From a virus (taxonomy: Duplodnaviria; Heunggongvirae; Uroviricota; Caudoviricetes), in IMG/VR virus record IMGVR_UViG_3300044984_001938: a DNA stretch of 64,000 bases; one strand, 5' to 3'. The notes beneath the pieces are model-generated. The model searched no databases, had not been told where the DNA came from, and saw only the letters and a program-made list of their open reading frames with translations. Positions 45,346 through 55,649 of the stretch are shown piece after piece. The translations under genes were made by a program, and so were the position numbers. Each line of letters opens with the position of its first letter. Positions within the stretch are counted from its first letter, which is position 1.

Positions 45346-45720
45346 ATGTCTGAATTCACTTCTTGGGAACAAATGTCTGACTTGGAGCAGGCTCAGACTA
45401 TTTTCTGGGATATGTACAAGGATGCCCATGGTGTTCGCCCTCGTTGTATTGACACCAGCACTTGGACCCTTGAGGACTTTCAAGCAGAGTTTGCAAGGTT
45501 GCAAGTTGTGATTGAGCGTGAAGAAGCCCAGCGTAAGGTTGCCGAATCAGAGGCGGTTGTTAAGTTTGAGAAACATGTTACCGATATTATCGGAATAGGT
45601 GCATGTGACCGTGAAACTGCATTGCGTTGGATCATGGACGCTAGCGACTTCCCCGGCGACTGGGAACATCTGTGCTATGTTCTGGGCTTGCCCTATCAAT
45701 ATTTTCGTAAGGTTGCGTAA
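45346..45720 (+). CDS. hypothetical protein
   Basis: ORF behind a promoter cassette. Confidence 0.75.
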   Translation: MSEFTSWEQMSDLEQAQTIFWDMYKDAHGVRPRCIDTSTWTLEDFQAEFARLQVVIEREEAQRKVAESEAVVKFEKHVTDIIGIGACDRETALRWIMDASDFPGDWEHLCYVLGLPYQYFRKVA

Positions 45721-45788
45721 TCCCAAAACTTGACATTAAATGGGTTTGGGTATATAATAGATACTTAGATTGATTAAAGGACTATTGA

Positions 45789-46031
45789 ATGATTATCAAG
45801 CGTTACAAACAGACTCAAAAATTTCGTGTTATTGTCGGTCCTGCATGTTTTTATGCTACTGTCAAACAGATTCGTAACGGGGTTGGTGATTTTTCCAAGT
45901 GCAATGCTGCTACTCAAAAGGCATTGGATGCGCTTGAGGGTATCCGTTCTGGTATCGGTGCAGCCGATCAATGTGCTAGCGGCCTTGCTGGTACTTGGGA
46001 AGGGCTGCAAGTCCAACTTACTGCTGCCTAA
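45789..46031 (+). CDS. hypothetical protein
   Basis: ORF behind a promoter cassette. Confidence 0.7.
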   Translation: MIIKRYKQTQKFRVIVGPACFYATVKQIRNGVGDFSKCNAATQKALDALEGIRSGIGAADQCASGLAGTWEGLQVQLTAA

Positions 46032-46098
46032 AAAGGTTGACAGTAAATGATTTTGGGTATATAATACATACTTAGACAGTTAATTAAAGGACTACAAA

Positions 46099-46365
46099 AT
46101 GGCTAAAAAAATCTCTATCACAGTTTTTTCTGACTCAGGTCATGCGTGGGCCCGCTTCCCCAAAGCTAAGTTGGTTAAACTTGGTATTGCCAACAAGATT
46201 AGTCATTACAGCTATCAAAAAGGTGCTAATGCTTTCTTGGAAGAGGACTGCGATTTGCGAACCCTGGTTAACACCCTGCGCGACCGCGGGTATGAGATAA
46301 AATTCAACGAAAGTCACACCAATAAGCAAAGCAAAATCCGTAACTATTCTAGTTATCAGGCTTGA
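46099..46365 (+). CDS. hypothetical protein
   Basis: SDSGHAW...FLEEDCD. Confidence 0.75.
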   Translation: MAKKISITVFSDSGHAWARFPKAKLVKLGIANKISHYSYQKGANAFLEEDCDLRTLVNTLRDRGYEIKFNESHTNKQSKIRNYSSYQA

Positions 46366-46422
46366 CATTAAATGGGTTTGGCTATATAATAGAGTCTTAA
46401 TCAGTTAATTAAAGGAGTTTAT

Positions 46423-46701
46423 ATGAATGACATTTCTGCAATCAACGGTGCTATTCTTGCTGGTAACTTTACTGATGCACAATTGAATAGCATCGGTGAT
46501 GCAATTCGTTTTGCTCGGGCTCAACTTGGACAACAAACTAAGTACACCCTGAAAGTCGGTACTAAAGTGAAATTCACGAGTAACCGAACTGGGATTACAC
46601 TCACCGGCGATGTGCAAAAAATCAATCGCAAGTTTGTTATCGTCAGAACTGGCCCTGTGAATACTTGGAGAGTGCCCGTTAATATGCTTTCTACTGCTTA
46701 A
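46423..46701 (+). CDS. hypothetical protein (SH3-like C-terminus)
   Basis: LKVGTKVKF...G.V.KINRK...WRVP. Confidence 0.7.
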   Translation: MNDISAINGAILAGNFTDAQLNSIGDAIRFARAQLGQQTKYTLKVGTKVKFTSNRTGITLTGDVQKINRKFVIVRTGPVNTWRVPVNMLSTA

Positions 46702-46711
46702 GGAGTAAATT

Positions 46712-46909
46712 ATGAAAACAATGGTTTTAACTGCAATTGGTCTTGGTGTATTTCTAAGTTTGCTACTGAGTTGGCCCGTGATGTGGCTTTGGAATAACGC
46801 ACTAGTTGGAGCCGTTACTGGTGTCAATGAAGTGTCTTGGCTCCAAGCATGGGGCATTATGGTGCTGGTTGGTATCTTGGTTAAAACTAATGTGAGTACA
46901 TCAAAATGA
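46712..46909 (+). CDS. small membrane protein
   Basis: Hydrophobic ORF with RBS AAGGAG. Confidence 0.7.
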   Translation: MKTMVLTAIGLGVFLSLLLSWPVMWLWNNALVGAVTGVNEVSWLQAWGIMVLVGILVKTNVSTSK

Positions 46910-47082
46910 GCAAAATGGCTGAATTGGATTTCACTATCCGTGATATGCTGGCTGCGGACTATGCACCAGCAGCAATCTCTGTACGACTGGGCATCCCCGT
47001 GTACTTTGTTTATGATGTTCTGGAGTATGAACAGGATCTGGCAGATTCAAGTCTTGACGATGCAGTTAATTCTGACGGTTGA
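46906..47082 (+). CDS. 58-aa acidic hypothetical protein
   Basis: ATGA-coupled; MSKMAELDF...NSDG*. Confidence 0.6.
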   Translation: MSKMAELDFTIRDMLAADYAPAAISVRLGIPVYFVYDVLEYEQDLADSSLDDAVNSDG

Positions 47083-47140
47083 CATTAAATGGGTTTGGGT
47101 ATATAATAGAGTCTTAATCAGTTAATTAAAGGATTTCTAA

Positions 47141-47551
47141 ATGGCATATTTTGATCAAGACCGCAAAGCAGAACGAGCTCCAGCTATCAAGGCTATCCTG
47201 AAAAAGTACAATGTCACAGGTTCACTTGCTGTACGCAATAATGCTGTCTTTGTGCTGAATATCAAGATGGGTGCTATTGATTTTATTGGTAACCTCAATG
47301 AGACAGTTGGTGCTGACCCCTATCAAGTTGATCGTGGTTTCATTCCTGCAAAAAAATATCTTAGTGTGAATCCTTATCACTATGAAAATCATTTCAGCGG
47401 CATTGCACTTGCATTTATGCAGGAAGTTTTTGCTGCAATGAATACTGGTAATCATGACCGTAGCGACATTCAAACTGATTACTTTGATGTGGGATGGTAC
47501 ATTGATGTGAACGTGGGTCTTTGGAATAAAGATTATATTCTTACTGCTTAA
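47141..47551 (+). CDS. hypothetical protein
   Basis: ORF behind a promoter cassette; DRSDIQTDYFDVGWY. Confidence 0.75.
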   Translation: MAYFDQDRKAERAPAIKAILKKYNVTGSLAVRNNAVFVLNIKMGAIDFIGNLNETVGADPYQVDRGFIPAKKYLSVNPYHYENHFSGIALAFMQEVFAAMNTGNHDRSDIQTDYFDVGWYIDVNVGLWNKDYILTA

Positions 47552-47566
47552 ATTTACAGGAACTAA

Positions 47567-47794
47567 ATGAACGAACGAATTCAACAACTTTCTAAACAGG
47601 CTACATCTATTCAAGGCCCTACTCCTTACAATCCACTTACCTTTGAAGTGTTTGATAAAGAAAAGTTCGCCCAGTTGATTGTTCTGGAATGTGCAGCTTA
47701 TCTCAACGGCGCAATGGAAGTTTATACTCAGTCGGAGCAGGATCTGTATGATCGTGGGGCAACAAAGATTAAACAACATTTCGGAGTTGAATAA
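47567..47794 (+). CDS. hypothetical protein (MNxRI family)
   Basis: KFAQLIVLEC...IKQHFGVE. Confidence 0.75.
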   Translation: MNERIQQLSKQATSIQGPTPYNPLTFEVFDKEKFAQLIVLECAAYLNGAMEVYTQSEQDLYDRGATKIKQHFGVE

Positions 47795-48033
47795 TGCAAC
47801 CTTGCCCGTTCTGCGGTCACGCAGTTGACATTGAAAATGGCGACACCCTATACCCTAACGCCATCGGCTGGAAGGATATGGAGTATGGGAGGGCATATCT
47901 CTCATTCAGAGAAGTGCCTCCGGAACAATGGTGTTACAGTTTTCATTGCCCCACAACTAGCGGTGGATGCGGGTGTGAAATGTCCGCTGACACTAAAGAG
48001 GAAGCAATTAAAAAATGGAACACACGAGTATGA
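47794..48033 (+). CDS. Lar-like restriction-alleviation family Zn protein
   Basis: PCPFCG...CGC...EAIKKWNTR. Confidence 0.7.
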   Translation: MQPCPFCGHAVDIENGDTLYPNAIGWKDMEYGRAYLSFREVPPEQWCYSFHCPTTSGGCGCEMSADTKEEAIKKWNTRV

Positions 48034-48272
48034 ACGAACGAATTCTAAAACTTGCTGATAAGGCTATTGAAGATATGCCAGGTGCTTGGAATATTCCCGA
48101 CGAGTTTTGTAAAAAGTTCGCCCAGTTGATTATTCTAGAATGTGCTGAAAAATGTGAGTTTATTGCTATTCAGGCTGAAATCACCAACACTGGTGAAATG
48201 GCTCGCAAGACCAAAGCAACTGCCGATAGTTGTGCTAAAATGATTAAACAATATTTCGGAGTTGAAGAATGA
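48030..48272 (+). CDS. hypothetical protein (MNxRI family)
   Basis: KFAQLIILEC...IKQYFGVEE. Confidence 0.75.
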   Translation: MNERILKLADKAIEDMPGAWNIPDEFCKKFAQLIILECAEKCEFIAIQAEITNTGEMARKTKATADSCAKMIKQYFGVEE

Positions 48273-48439
48273 ACAGTAACTTTACTATTGTTCACACTAT
48301 TGCAATAGTATCTATTATAATCAATATGGTAGTATTTAATGTGTGGTTATTCAGGGGATGCTATGTTTGAGGATGAACCAAACCAGCAAACGGGAGTAGC
48401 CTGGGTGTTGGAGATTGCAAAATATTTTAGAGTAGAATA

Positions 48440-48670
48440 ATGAACCAAGATAAAATCAATTTTTTTGAATTCTTGACTTCTTTGAACGAAGCTCAATTGA
48501 AAAAATATTTTGCAATGCTTGGTCCGGAAGAATCAGAATATGTTCTCCAGGTTGTGCGTAATGTAGGAACACACTTGAATTTGGCAATAGCTGACTTCCA
48601 TGATCCTGTTGATGAACTTGTTGTTGCAAAAGATGTCCTAAGTAAGTTTACATTGAAAGGTAATATATGA
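48440..48670 (+). CDS. hypothetical protein
   Basis: 76-aa ORF. Confidence 0.65.
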   Translation: MNQDKINFFEFLTSLNEAQLKKYFAMLGPEESEYVLQVVRNVGTHLNLAIADFHDPVDELVVAKDVLSKFTLKGNI

Positions 48671-48822
48671 ATACATATTGGGTTTTCGTAAAGTATAAAG
48701 ATGAACCAGGTGCAGGTTATGGTCGTGTCCATATTCAAGCGGATAATCCGTTTATGGCAATTGGTATGGCTCGGGCCATGTATGGTCGTTTGCTGATGTC
48801 CGAATCAGCAAATCATGTGTGA
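48667..48822 (+). CDS. 51-aa hypothetical protein
   Basis: ATGA-coupled; MNTYWVFVKY...NHV*. Confidence 0.55.
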   Translation: MNTYWVFVKYKDEPGAGYGRVHIQADNPFMAIGMARAMYGRLLMSESANHV

Positions 48823-48908
48823 TTTTACTCTAAAACGGGAAAAATGATAGTTGACAATAAACTATTTTGGTGTTAAAATTTAATTTTAAACTCTCTAAAG
48901 GATACAAT

Positions 48909-49178
48909 ATGTCTAAAGCAAAATATCAACGTAAACTGGAAACTGCTATCGTAGAAAACGGGTTGTTATTGATTCAATCTAAACTCGCAAGTGGTGAAAC
49001 ATCAACAGTTACTCGCCCATTCATCGGTAAATTCCTCGAACCCGCATCTAAACGTGATGGTGTTGGGCATGATGTATCCCCAATCATCAAGGACGCAATT
49101 GCTGGTCATCAAGGAATGAAATTCATTCAAAGCAAAACTGGTCACAAAGAAGTCACTGTAGATATTACAGGACTGTAA
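48909..49178 (+). CDS. hypothetical protein
   Basis: AAGGA RBS; start re-placed. Confidence 0.65.
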   Translation: MSKAKYQRKLETAIVENGLLLIQSKLASGETSTVTRPFIGKFLEPASKRDGVGHDVSPIIKDAIAGHQGMKFIQSKTGHKEVTVDITGL

Positions 49179-49289
49179 GAATAACGGGTAACATTGCGAT
49201 TGACAACAATGCCAATCTGTGTTATCATTATAACAGTGCTGAGTAATATCAGTGCATTTTTCAACTTAGCTTAACTTAAAGGAAACAAA

Positions 49290-49682
49290 ATGGCTAAACA
49301 AACTTTCAAAGTCGCTGGTATTACTACTAACAATGGTAATACTAAGGTTCGTTTTACTGATGATATGATTCGCCGTATCAAGCTGTTTACAAAAGGTGGA
49401 CATACTCGTGTTGACTTTGTGGACTTGCCCAGTGAAATGACTAAGATTGAGGCTCTGAATTATCTGGCTACTCATGCAGACTTTCAATCACCCGGTGATC
49501 AAGCAACTATCGCTGATTCTCTTGCTGATAAAACAAAGGAAGCAAGCAAAGGTACAGTAAAAGTCAAAGTCGCAAAGACTAAGGCAAAGCCTACCCTTGC
49601 TAACATCAAGGCCCGCGCTAAGAAGGTTACCAAAGAAGTTTCAGTAGAGCAAATTCTTGCTGAAGCAGGTGTTACCGCTTAA
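49290..49682 (+). CDS. hypothetical protein with Lys/Ala-rich tail
   Basis: AAGGA RBS; 130 aa. Confidence 0.75.
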   Translation: MAKQTFKVAGITTNNGNTKVRFTDDMIRRIKLFTKGGHTRVDFVDLPSEMTKIEALNYLATHADFQSPGDQATIADSLADKTKEASKGTVKVKVAKTKAKPTLANIKARAKKVTKEVSVEQILAEAGVTA

Positions 49683-49728
49683 TAATAAATAGAGGGGCTA
49701 TGTGCCCCACCCTCAACAAAGGAAAAAT

Positions 49729-49917
49729 ATGAAACTCTCTGATAAACTTACAAAATGTAGTGACAATCTAATGGTCAATCTGTACGATAATGGCTTCATG
49801 GTTGAAGTGTCCGGTCGTGATTCAAATGACCAGTGGAAAACTGCTAAAATCATGTGCCCTTCTCTAGTTGAGGTTTGTGCGATTATTGTAGAAGCCGCAG
49901 CCTTGCCGCGTGAATAA
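49729..49917 (+). CDS. hypothetical protein
   Basis: AAGGA RBS. Confidence 0.7.
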   Translation: MKLSDKLTKCSDNLMVNLYDNGFMVEVSGRDSNDQWKTAKIMCPSLVEVCAIIVEAAALPRE

Positions 49918-49925
49918 AGATTGAT

Positions 49926-50138
49926 ATGTCAGTACTACATGCATTTGCTCGTAAGTTCAATCCTCGTAGAAACTTTGATCCAACTAGTGTCACTGATCTG
50001 AAAGAGTTGAAATTTTTTAAGGAGCATAATACTTGGAAAGTAGGTTGCCCCTTTCATCTAGAGGATCCGTTTCTGGAAATTCCCGCAATGTGTATGTCAA
50101 AGTACACTGACTATATGCTCAAAAAGGTTAAAACATAA
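49926..50138 (+). CDS. hypothetical protein
   Basis: 70-aa ORF. Confidence 0.7.
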   Translation: MSVLHAFARKFNPRRNFDPTSVTDLKELKFFKEHNTWKVGCPFHLEDPFLEIPAMCMSKYTDYMLKKVKT

Positions 50139-50162
50139 AAAGCCCCGGAAGGGGCATTTTTA
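50139..50162. terminator. terminator between convergent genes
   Basis: AAAGCCCC-GGAA-GGGGCATTTTT. Confidence 0.75.
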
Positions 50163-50178
50163 ATGGGTTCTATTGTTA

Positions 50179-52941
50179 TTAACCGATGAACCAAGCAGAA
50201 CCATCACTATATACCGGTACTGCATTGGCTGCTCCGCCTACATACAGTGATCCAAATGTTGCTAGTGTCGCATCTGTAACAAATGCTCTTGAACCTGCAC
50301 CTGCAGTTGCAGCAGCCGGTATGTTTCCAGTAACAAATGCCCCTGATTTAACTACCCCTGCTGTTATCACATTTCCGCCAGTAATATTACCTGTAACATT
50401 AGCGTAACCACTCATAGTTACACCTTCACTACTATTTGTAGTTACGATATTAATAATACCTGTTTTACCTGTAGTGTCAAAACTCAATGCACTAGCATTG
50501 TTGTCAAGTAAGTCCCAATCTTGTGCTACAGCATACGAAGTGATATCACCATATAGTATAGGACTTGCAATGGTTCCTACTAATGTCGCTAATGGCCCGG
50601 GTATTATTGATGGATTAATAGTTGTGTTAGTACTGGGATAGAATGAAACACCTCCCCAAGCAAATACCCCTGATAGTCCTACTGTAGTATTAGGATCTAA
50701 CCATACTGCTTGACCTGTACCAGCTGGAACATTGAATGCACTTTGTCCGACGCTCACTGTGCCGGCTACATTAGCAACCGCATTCAGTTTAATACCAAAA
50801 CCGTTTGCTTGTGAGTTCTTGATAACAGAGTTAGTTACAACTAATATACCATTACCATATGTTTCAACTACTACATCACCGTTCGCATCAAGTTGTGAGT
50901 TATTGAATGTTAGTGTAGCACCTGGGCCTGCGGCACCAACTTGGGTAGCACCTGATGTTTCTACACTTTCAAAACTTGCTGTACCGTTAAGGATATTAAA
51001 GCAATACACATCACCACTACCGTTGTGACTTACTTTTAGTGGTCCACCATGAGTATATGTGCCTGTGCCTGAATTGTCTTGATATAAGCCTGCACCGGTA
51101 CCGTTAGCAGTAATCCATACATCTTGTAGACTTAATCGTAATGGACTTGTACCTGTTACATAAATCGCTTTACCGTTTGTACCACCCACAATCTCTAAAC
51201 CAGTGATACTAAAATGGTTATTGTTTAATGTACCTGATGTTGGGTTAACAGTGACATTGCCCGAAAGAATAATAGGTTGATGTATTTGACCGCTCTGACC
51301 AATCAAGTACACATGGTTAACAGTTAATGAAACATTTTCTGTAATGTTACTTAGTAGAATGAGGTAGATTGGTTCTACTTCAGGATTTAATCCGCCACTG
51401 ATAGCAGTAGCGATTGCCGCCTGCGCACCAGCGATTGTTTTGAATGGTCGTGCTTGACTACCGTTCTGAGTATAAGTATCGGTTCTTGTTGCATCAACAT
51501 AGTAACGATTTGTTACTGGTGTATCACCAAATGTTAATACTGAACTATTAGGTAATGTTATATTAGCGGCTGTTACGGAACCGGTAGTAACTATCGTGTT
51601 GCTACCAAATGCACCCAATAAAGAAACAACATTGCTGTCGCCATATGAACTATTTGCATCTGCTCCCCATGATCCATTGCCTCGCAATAGATTACTTACA
51701 TTACCGTCTAAATTAATAGTAGCAATGTTACCAATGCCACTTACGTTTGCCACTGCTACGCTATTAGCGGTAGTTGCATATGTAGCAAGACCAACTGCAC
51801 CACTCACATTACCACCTGCTACAGCATTTGCTGTTGTTGCGTATGTAGCTAACCCGACAGCACCAGTTACGTTTGCACCAGTTAGCCCAGTCAATGCTTG
51901 ACCGTTACCTATGATATTACCTACACTAACATTACCAGTAGTTGTTATTGTGTTGCTACCGAATGAATTTAGTAAGGAAACAACATTGCTGTCGCCATAT
52001 GAACTATTTGCATCTGCTCCCCATGATCCATTGCCTCGCAATACATTACTTACATTACCGTCTAAATTAATTGTTGCAATGTTACCAACAGTCGGGATAG
52101 CAATGTTAGCAAATACGCCATTACCTGCCAACCAAGTTTGACTGTTACCATCTAAGTTTATGGTTGCGATGTTGCCTACTGCCGGAACTACTGGGATAGC
52201 GACATATGTACCATTACCGGTTAATAGATTACTTACATTACCATCTAAATTAATAGTAGCTATATTACCTAAACCAGAAACATTTGCAGCCGCTACACTA
52301 AATGCCGTATTAGCAACATTAGCATTAGCTACAAATCCAGATACATTAGCACCAGCAATACCAGTCAACGCTTGACCATTACCAATGATATTACCTACGC
52401 TCGCGTTACCTGTAGTAACTATTGTATTAGAACCAAATGCACCCAATAAAGAAACAACATTGCTATTACCGTATGCACTGTTTGCATCTGCACTCCATGA
52501 ACCATCCCCGCGTAATACATTGCTTATATTACCGTCTAAATTAACTACTGCTATATTGCCCGCAGTAGTATTAATAGTTACTTCACCGGTGCCACCTGCA
52601 GAAGTTGATGATATAGTAATACCGTTACCGGCTACTATTTCATAGACTCCAGTTTGATTTATTACCGTTTGCCTAACAGTTTGATCAATGGCACTAACAT
52701 ATGTAGTCCCTTGAGAACTATACACTGTTACTACATCTGCTGGTTGATTGTTTGCGCTGGTAGTCAGAGTAACATTATTTGTATTAACACTAAGAGTTGT
52801 TCCTACAAAAATAGCCTCACCGTTAGAAACAGTAGATTTCCCGTTAGCTATAATAGCTGATTGAGCCAATTGACTCTCTGTCCTGCGTAGGACACTTGGG
52901 TCACCAAGACCGACTGTTGGTTGTGTTCTTAAAGTTGCCAT
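50179..52941 (-). CDS. tail fibre / receptor-binding protein
   Basis: 920 aa, N/G/T/A-rich; repeated GNIATINLDGNVSN and ADANSxYGxSNVVSLL units. Confidence 0.75.
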   Translation of the reverse strand: MATLRTQPTVGLGDPSVLRRTESQLAQSAIIANGKSTVSNGEAIFVGTTLSVNTNNVTLTTSANNQPADVVTVYSSQGTTYVSAIDQTVRQTVINQTGVYEIVAGNGITISSTSAGGTGEVTINTTAGNIAVVNLDGNISNVLRGDGSWSADANSAYGNSNVVSLLGAFGSNTIVTTGNASVGNIIGNGQALTGIAGANVSGFVANANVANTAFSVAAANVSGLGNIATINLDGNVSNLLTGNGTYVAIPVVPAVGNIATINLDGNSQTWLAGNGVFANIAIPTVGNIATINLDGNVSNVLRGNGSWGADANSSYGDSNVVSLLNSFGSNTITTTGNVSVGNIIGNGQALTGLTGANVTGAVGLATYATTANAVAGGNVSGAVGLATYATTANSVAVANVSGIGNIATINLDGNVSNLLRGNGSWGADANSSYGDSNVVSLLGAFGSNTIVTTGSVTAANITLPNSSVLTFGDTPVTNRYYVDATRTDTYTQNGSQARPFKTIAGAQAAIATAISGGLNPEVEPIYLILLSNITENVSLTVNHVYLIGQSGQIHQPIILSGNVTVNPTSGTLNNNHFSITGLEIVGGTNGKAIYVTGTSPLRLSLQDVWITANGTGAGLYQDNSGTGTYTHGGPLKVSHNGSGDVYCFNILNGTASFESVETSGATQVGAAGPGATLTFNNSQLDANGDVVVETYGNGILVVTNSVIKNSQANGFGIKLNAVANVAGTVSVGQSAFNVPAGTGQAVWLDPNTTVGLSGVFAWGGVSFYPSTNTTINPSIIPGPLATLVGTIASPILYGDITSYAVAQDWDLLDNNASALSFDTTGKTGIINIVTTNSSEGVTMSGYANVTGNITGGNVITAGVVKSGAFVTGNIPAAATAGAGSRAFVTDATLATFGSLYVGGAANAVPVYSDGSAWFIG

Positions 52942-53006
52942 TTTATTTTTCTCCGTTACTGTATTTATGCAATAATCCTAGATTTTATGGACAAAAAAGA
53001 GGCTTT

Positions 53007-53912
53007 TTAACTTAAAATTTCAACCCATTTGTCAATAACATATTTCCAATCATACGACTGTGCATGATGCTGTATCTCTAAACAACGTTGACGATATTTT
53101 TCCGGGGTTGCTTTGTAATAACTCAATAGTTCTACTGTTTTTTCTATGAACTCGTTTTCGGGAATAGGAACCGAATCACCTCCCAGGTTTCCTACTCTAG
53201 TATTCCAATGTCCAACTGGCGTACTTATAACTAATTTACCAGCAGCACCGGCTTCTAATACAGGCAACCCTGCACCTTCCTCGCTACTTGAAACAAGTAA
53301 TGCATCTACTGATTTATAAAAGCCAGGCATTGTAACAAACGAATGATGATACGATGAAGCCGACTTGAGGGTCAATCCTGCTTGTTCAACTACAGGAGGT
53401 AATAACCAATTACGCTTTGTACTGTGAAGAGGACCATAATGCTTTAAACTAGTGCATCCTACAACTTGTAGTGAATCATTTGGTTTGCTATAAAAACTAC
53501 TGGTGTTAATTCCCAATGGCGTAATAAATGCAGGTCTAGTAACACCTAACTCTAAACTAAGATTTGCTAACCAACCACTGACAGCGCCATACCTATGAAA
53601 CTTGTGGTATTCATCGGTGCCGTGCCGCTGAATTAATTCTTCCATATCTGTTCTTGCATGATTAATAACTACGCATTGTCTTGGATCAATTATTTTATAA
53701 TTATGGTCATACCCTAGTACTCTCCATCCATGCGGACTAGTAACAAACAAGTCAGTAGTATCAATTAACTCATGTATCTCTGCTAAACTATAACTTTGAT
53801 TCCAGGGTAGTAATTGACAATCAAATCCATATCCCCAAAGTTGTTTACATAATTCATAGTGAATAGCTCCAAATGCCCAAGCAGGCTCAAAAAAGAATAT
53901 TATTTTCTTCAT
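53007..53912 (-). CDS. GT4-like glycosyltransferase
   Basis: SSSEEGAGLPVLEAGAAGKLVISTPVG. Confidence 0.85.
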   Translation of the reverse strand: MKKIIFFFEPAWAFGAIHYELCKQLWGYGFDCQLLPWNQSYSLAEIHELIDTTDLFVTSPHGWRVLGYDHNYKIIDPRQCVVINHARTDMEELIQRHGTDEYHKFHRYGAVSGWLANLSLELGVTRPAFITPLGINTSSFYSKPNDSLQVVGCTSLKHYGPLHSTKRNWLLPPVVEQAGLTLKSASSYHHSFVTMPGFYKSVDALLVSSSEEGAGLPVLEAGAAGKLVISTPVGHWNTRVGNLGGDSVPIPENEFIEKTVELLSYYKATPEKYRQRCLEIQHHAQSYDWKYVIDKWVEILS

Positions 53913-54805
53913 CTTAAAATTTCAACCCATTTGTCAATCACATATTTCCAATCATATGATTGTGCATGATGTTGTATCTCTAAACAACGTTGACGATATT
54001 TTTCCGGGTTTGATTTGTAATAACTCAATAGTTCTACTGTTTTTTCTATGAACTCATCTTCCTGAATTGGTACTAAATCAGCACCCTGTTCTCCGGCTCG
54101 TTTCCAATGTCCAACTGGCGTACTAATAACTAATTTACCAGCAGCACCGGCTTCTAATAAAGGTAATCCCGCTCCTTCTTCTGTGCTAGCAATTAGCACA
54201 GCATCTACTGATTTATAAAAGCCAGGCATTGTGACAAAACTATGATGGTATGATGATGCTGCTCTAAGATGTAAAACTGCCCGTGATGTTGCAATCTCTA
54301 ACAACCAAGGGCGTTTAATATTTTGATGAACCCCTACTTGTCCTAAACCCATACATCCAATTGTTTGCAATGAATCGTTGGGTTTACTATAAAAACTATT
54401 AGTGTTAATTCCCAATGGGGTTATAAATGCGGGTCTGGTTATACCTAACTGTGTACTAACTTCACCTAACCATTCACTAACTGCCCCATACCTATGAAAC
54501 TTATCAAAGTCCCCTAATCCGTGCATCTCAATCAGTTCATCCATGTCTAATTTTGAATGACTGATTACTACGCATTGTTTTGCGTCAAATATTTTATAGT
54601 TATAACCTAACAATCTCCATCCGTGTGGAGTGGTAACAAACAAGTCAGTAGTATCAATTAACTCCTGCATCTCTGCTAAAGTATAACTTTGATTCCAGGG
54701 AAGCAATTTACAATCAAATCCATAGGTCCAAAGATATTTGCATAATTCATAGTGAATTGTTCCATATGCCCATGTGGGCTCCATGTAAAATACTATTTTT
54801 TTCAT
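53909..54805 (-). CDS. GT4-like glycosyltransferase (tandem paralogue)
   Basis: ASTEEGAGLPLLEAGAAGKLVISTPVG. Confidence 0.85.
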   Translation of the reverse strand: MKKIVFYMEPTWAYGTIHYELCKYLWTYGFDCKLLPWNQSYTLAEMQELIDTTDLFVTTPHGWRLLGYNYKIFDAKQCVVISHSKLDMDELIEMHGLGDFDKFHRYGAVSEWLGEVSTQLGITRPAFITPLGINTNSFYSKPNDSLQTIGCMGLGQVGVHQNIKRPWLLEIATSRAVLHLRAASSYHHSFVTMPGFYKSVDAVLIASTEEGAGLPLLEAGAAGKLVISTPVGHWKRAGEQGADLVPIQEDEFIEKTVELLSYYKSNPEKYRQRCLEIQHHAQSYDWKYVIDKWVEILR

Positions 54806-55638
54806 ATTGAGTCGTAATTAATTATTTGTCTTAAGTCTTGGTTTAAAACTATTCCGTCATAGTTTAAATATCGTTTAAGTAAAGGTCTAAACTGAACAAA
54901 TTCGTCATTGGTCAATGCTATGACATCAAATGCTAAATAGGTGTGTGTGTTCAAAAAGTCATTGAATGGACTAGCTATTATTTTTTGTTGAGACAGGGGC
55001 GGAAATACATCTACATTAATAAATTCAGCATCATTATTACTTATATTAGGCAAGTAGAATAGATTTTTTATTTTTGGTAATTCAAACATACCCCACCAAT
55101 AAGCCCATGCGGCCCAGAATTCACTATGATTTCTAAACTCTAAATTCATTAAATATGGATCAACAATTTGTTTAACATAGGATGAGTTGAACCAATAGAA
55201 GTTACCCTTAAAGTGCCAATGCCAAATAGATCCTACCAGATCGGCTCCGGCATTTAAATGATATAGACAAGTGTAACTATTTTCAACTACACCGTACAAC
55301 ATTACGGATGCCCACCTCAACCCATTTTCAAACTCCAATCTATCTTTTTTACTAGAGCCCTTACAATGTAGATATAAACCATAAAAGTCTAATTCATTTG
55401 AATCTTGCCAGAATTTTCTTATTGCAGGATATTCATAATGTGATGCAGTGAAGCCGCTGTTAACATATTCAATGTTTAGTCCGTCTAAGAAATCATAAGG
55501 CGTCCAGTCATTAGAATGTATAATGATTATCTTTTCGGATTTTAAACTGCTGACTTTTAGTTTGCTGATGATATGAAACAGACTGGCTTTAGTATTCGGT
55601 AACTCATTACACGAAATATAAATCCTAATTGGTTTCAT
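54802..55638 (-). CDS. hypothetical glycan-related protein
   Basis: LYLHCKG...GNFYWF; lies among glycosyltransferases. Confidence 0.55.
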   Translation of the reverse strand: MKPIRIYISCNELPNTKASLFHIISKLKVSSLKSEKIIIIHSNDWTPYDFLDGLNIEYVNSGFTASHYEYPAIRKFWQDSNELDFYGLYLHCKGSSKKDRLEFENGLRWASVMLYGVVENSYTCLYHLNAGADLVGSIWHWHFKGNFYWFNSSYVKQIVDPYLMNLEFRNHSEFWAAWAYWWGMFELPKIKNLFYLPNISNNDAEFINVDVFPPLSQQKIIASPFNDFLNTHTYLAFDVIALTNDEFVQFRPLLKRYLNYDGIVLNQDLRQIINYDSI

Positions 55639-55649
55639 TTTGATTCCTA

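Larger units (their letters stand above)
45288..47130 (+). repeat. five near-identical sigma70 promoter cassettes
   Basis: TTGACA(T/G)TAAATG...TATAAT...TTAA at 45288, 45730, 46037, 46362 and 47079; related copies at 38636, 33322 and 25307. Confidence 0.9.

Noticed and set aside
46940-47125. 61-aa ORF from the track
   Set aside because: It runs through the promoter cassette; the ATGA-coupled frame 46906-47082 is more plausible
50186-52860. Plus-strand ORFs opposite the fibre genes (also 59297-63905)
   Set aside because: Antisense shadows of repetitive fibre codons
53007-54805. Duplicated glycosyltransferases as a DGR template/variable pair
   Set aside because: Both are full ORFs, differences are not confined to adenines, and no reverse transcriptase is in the window
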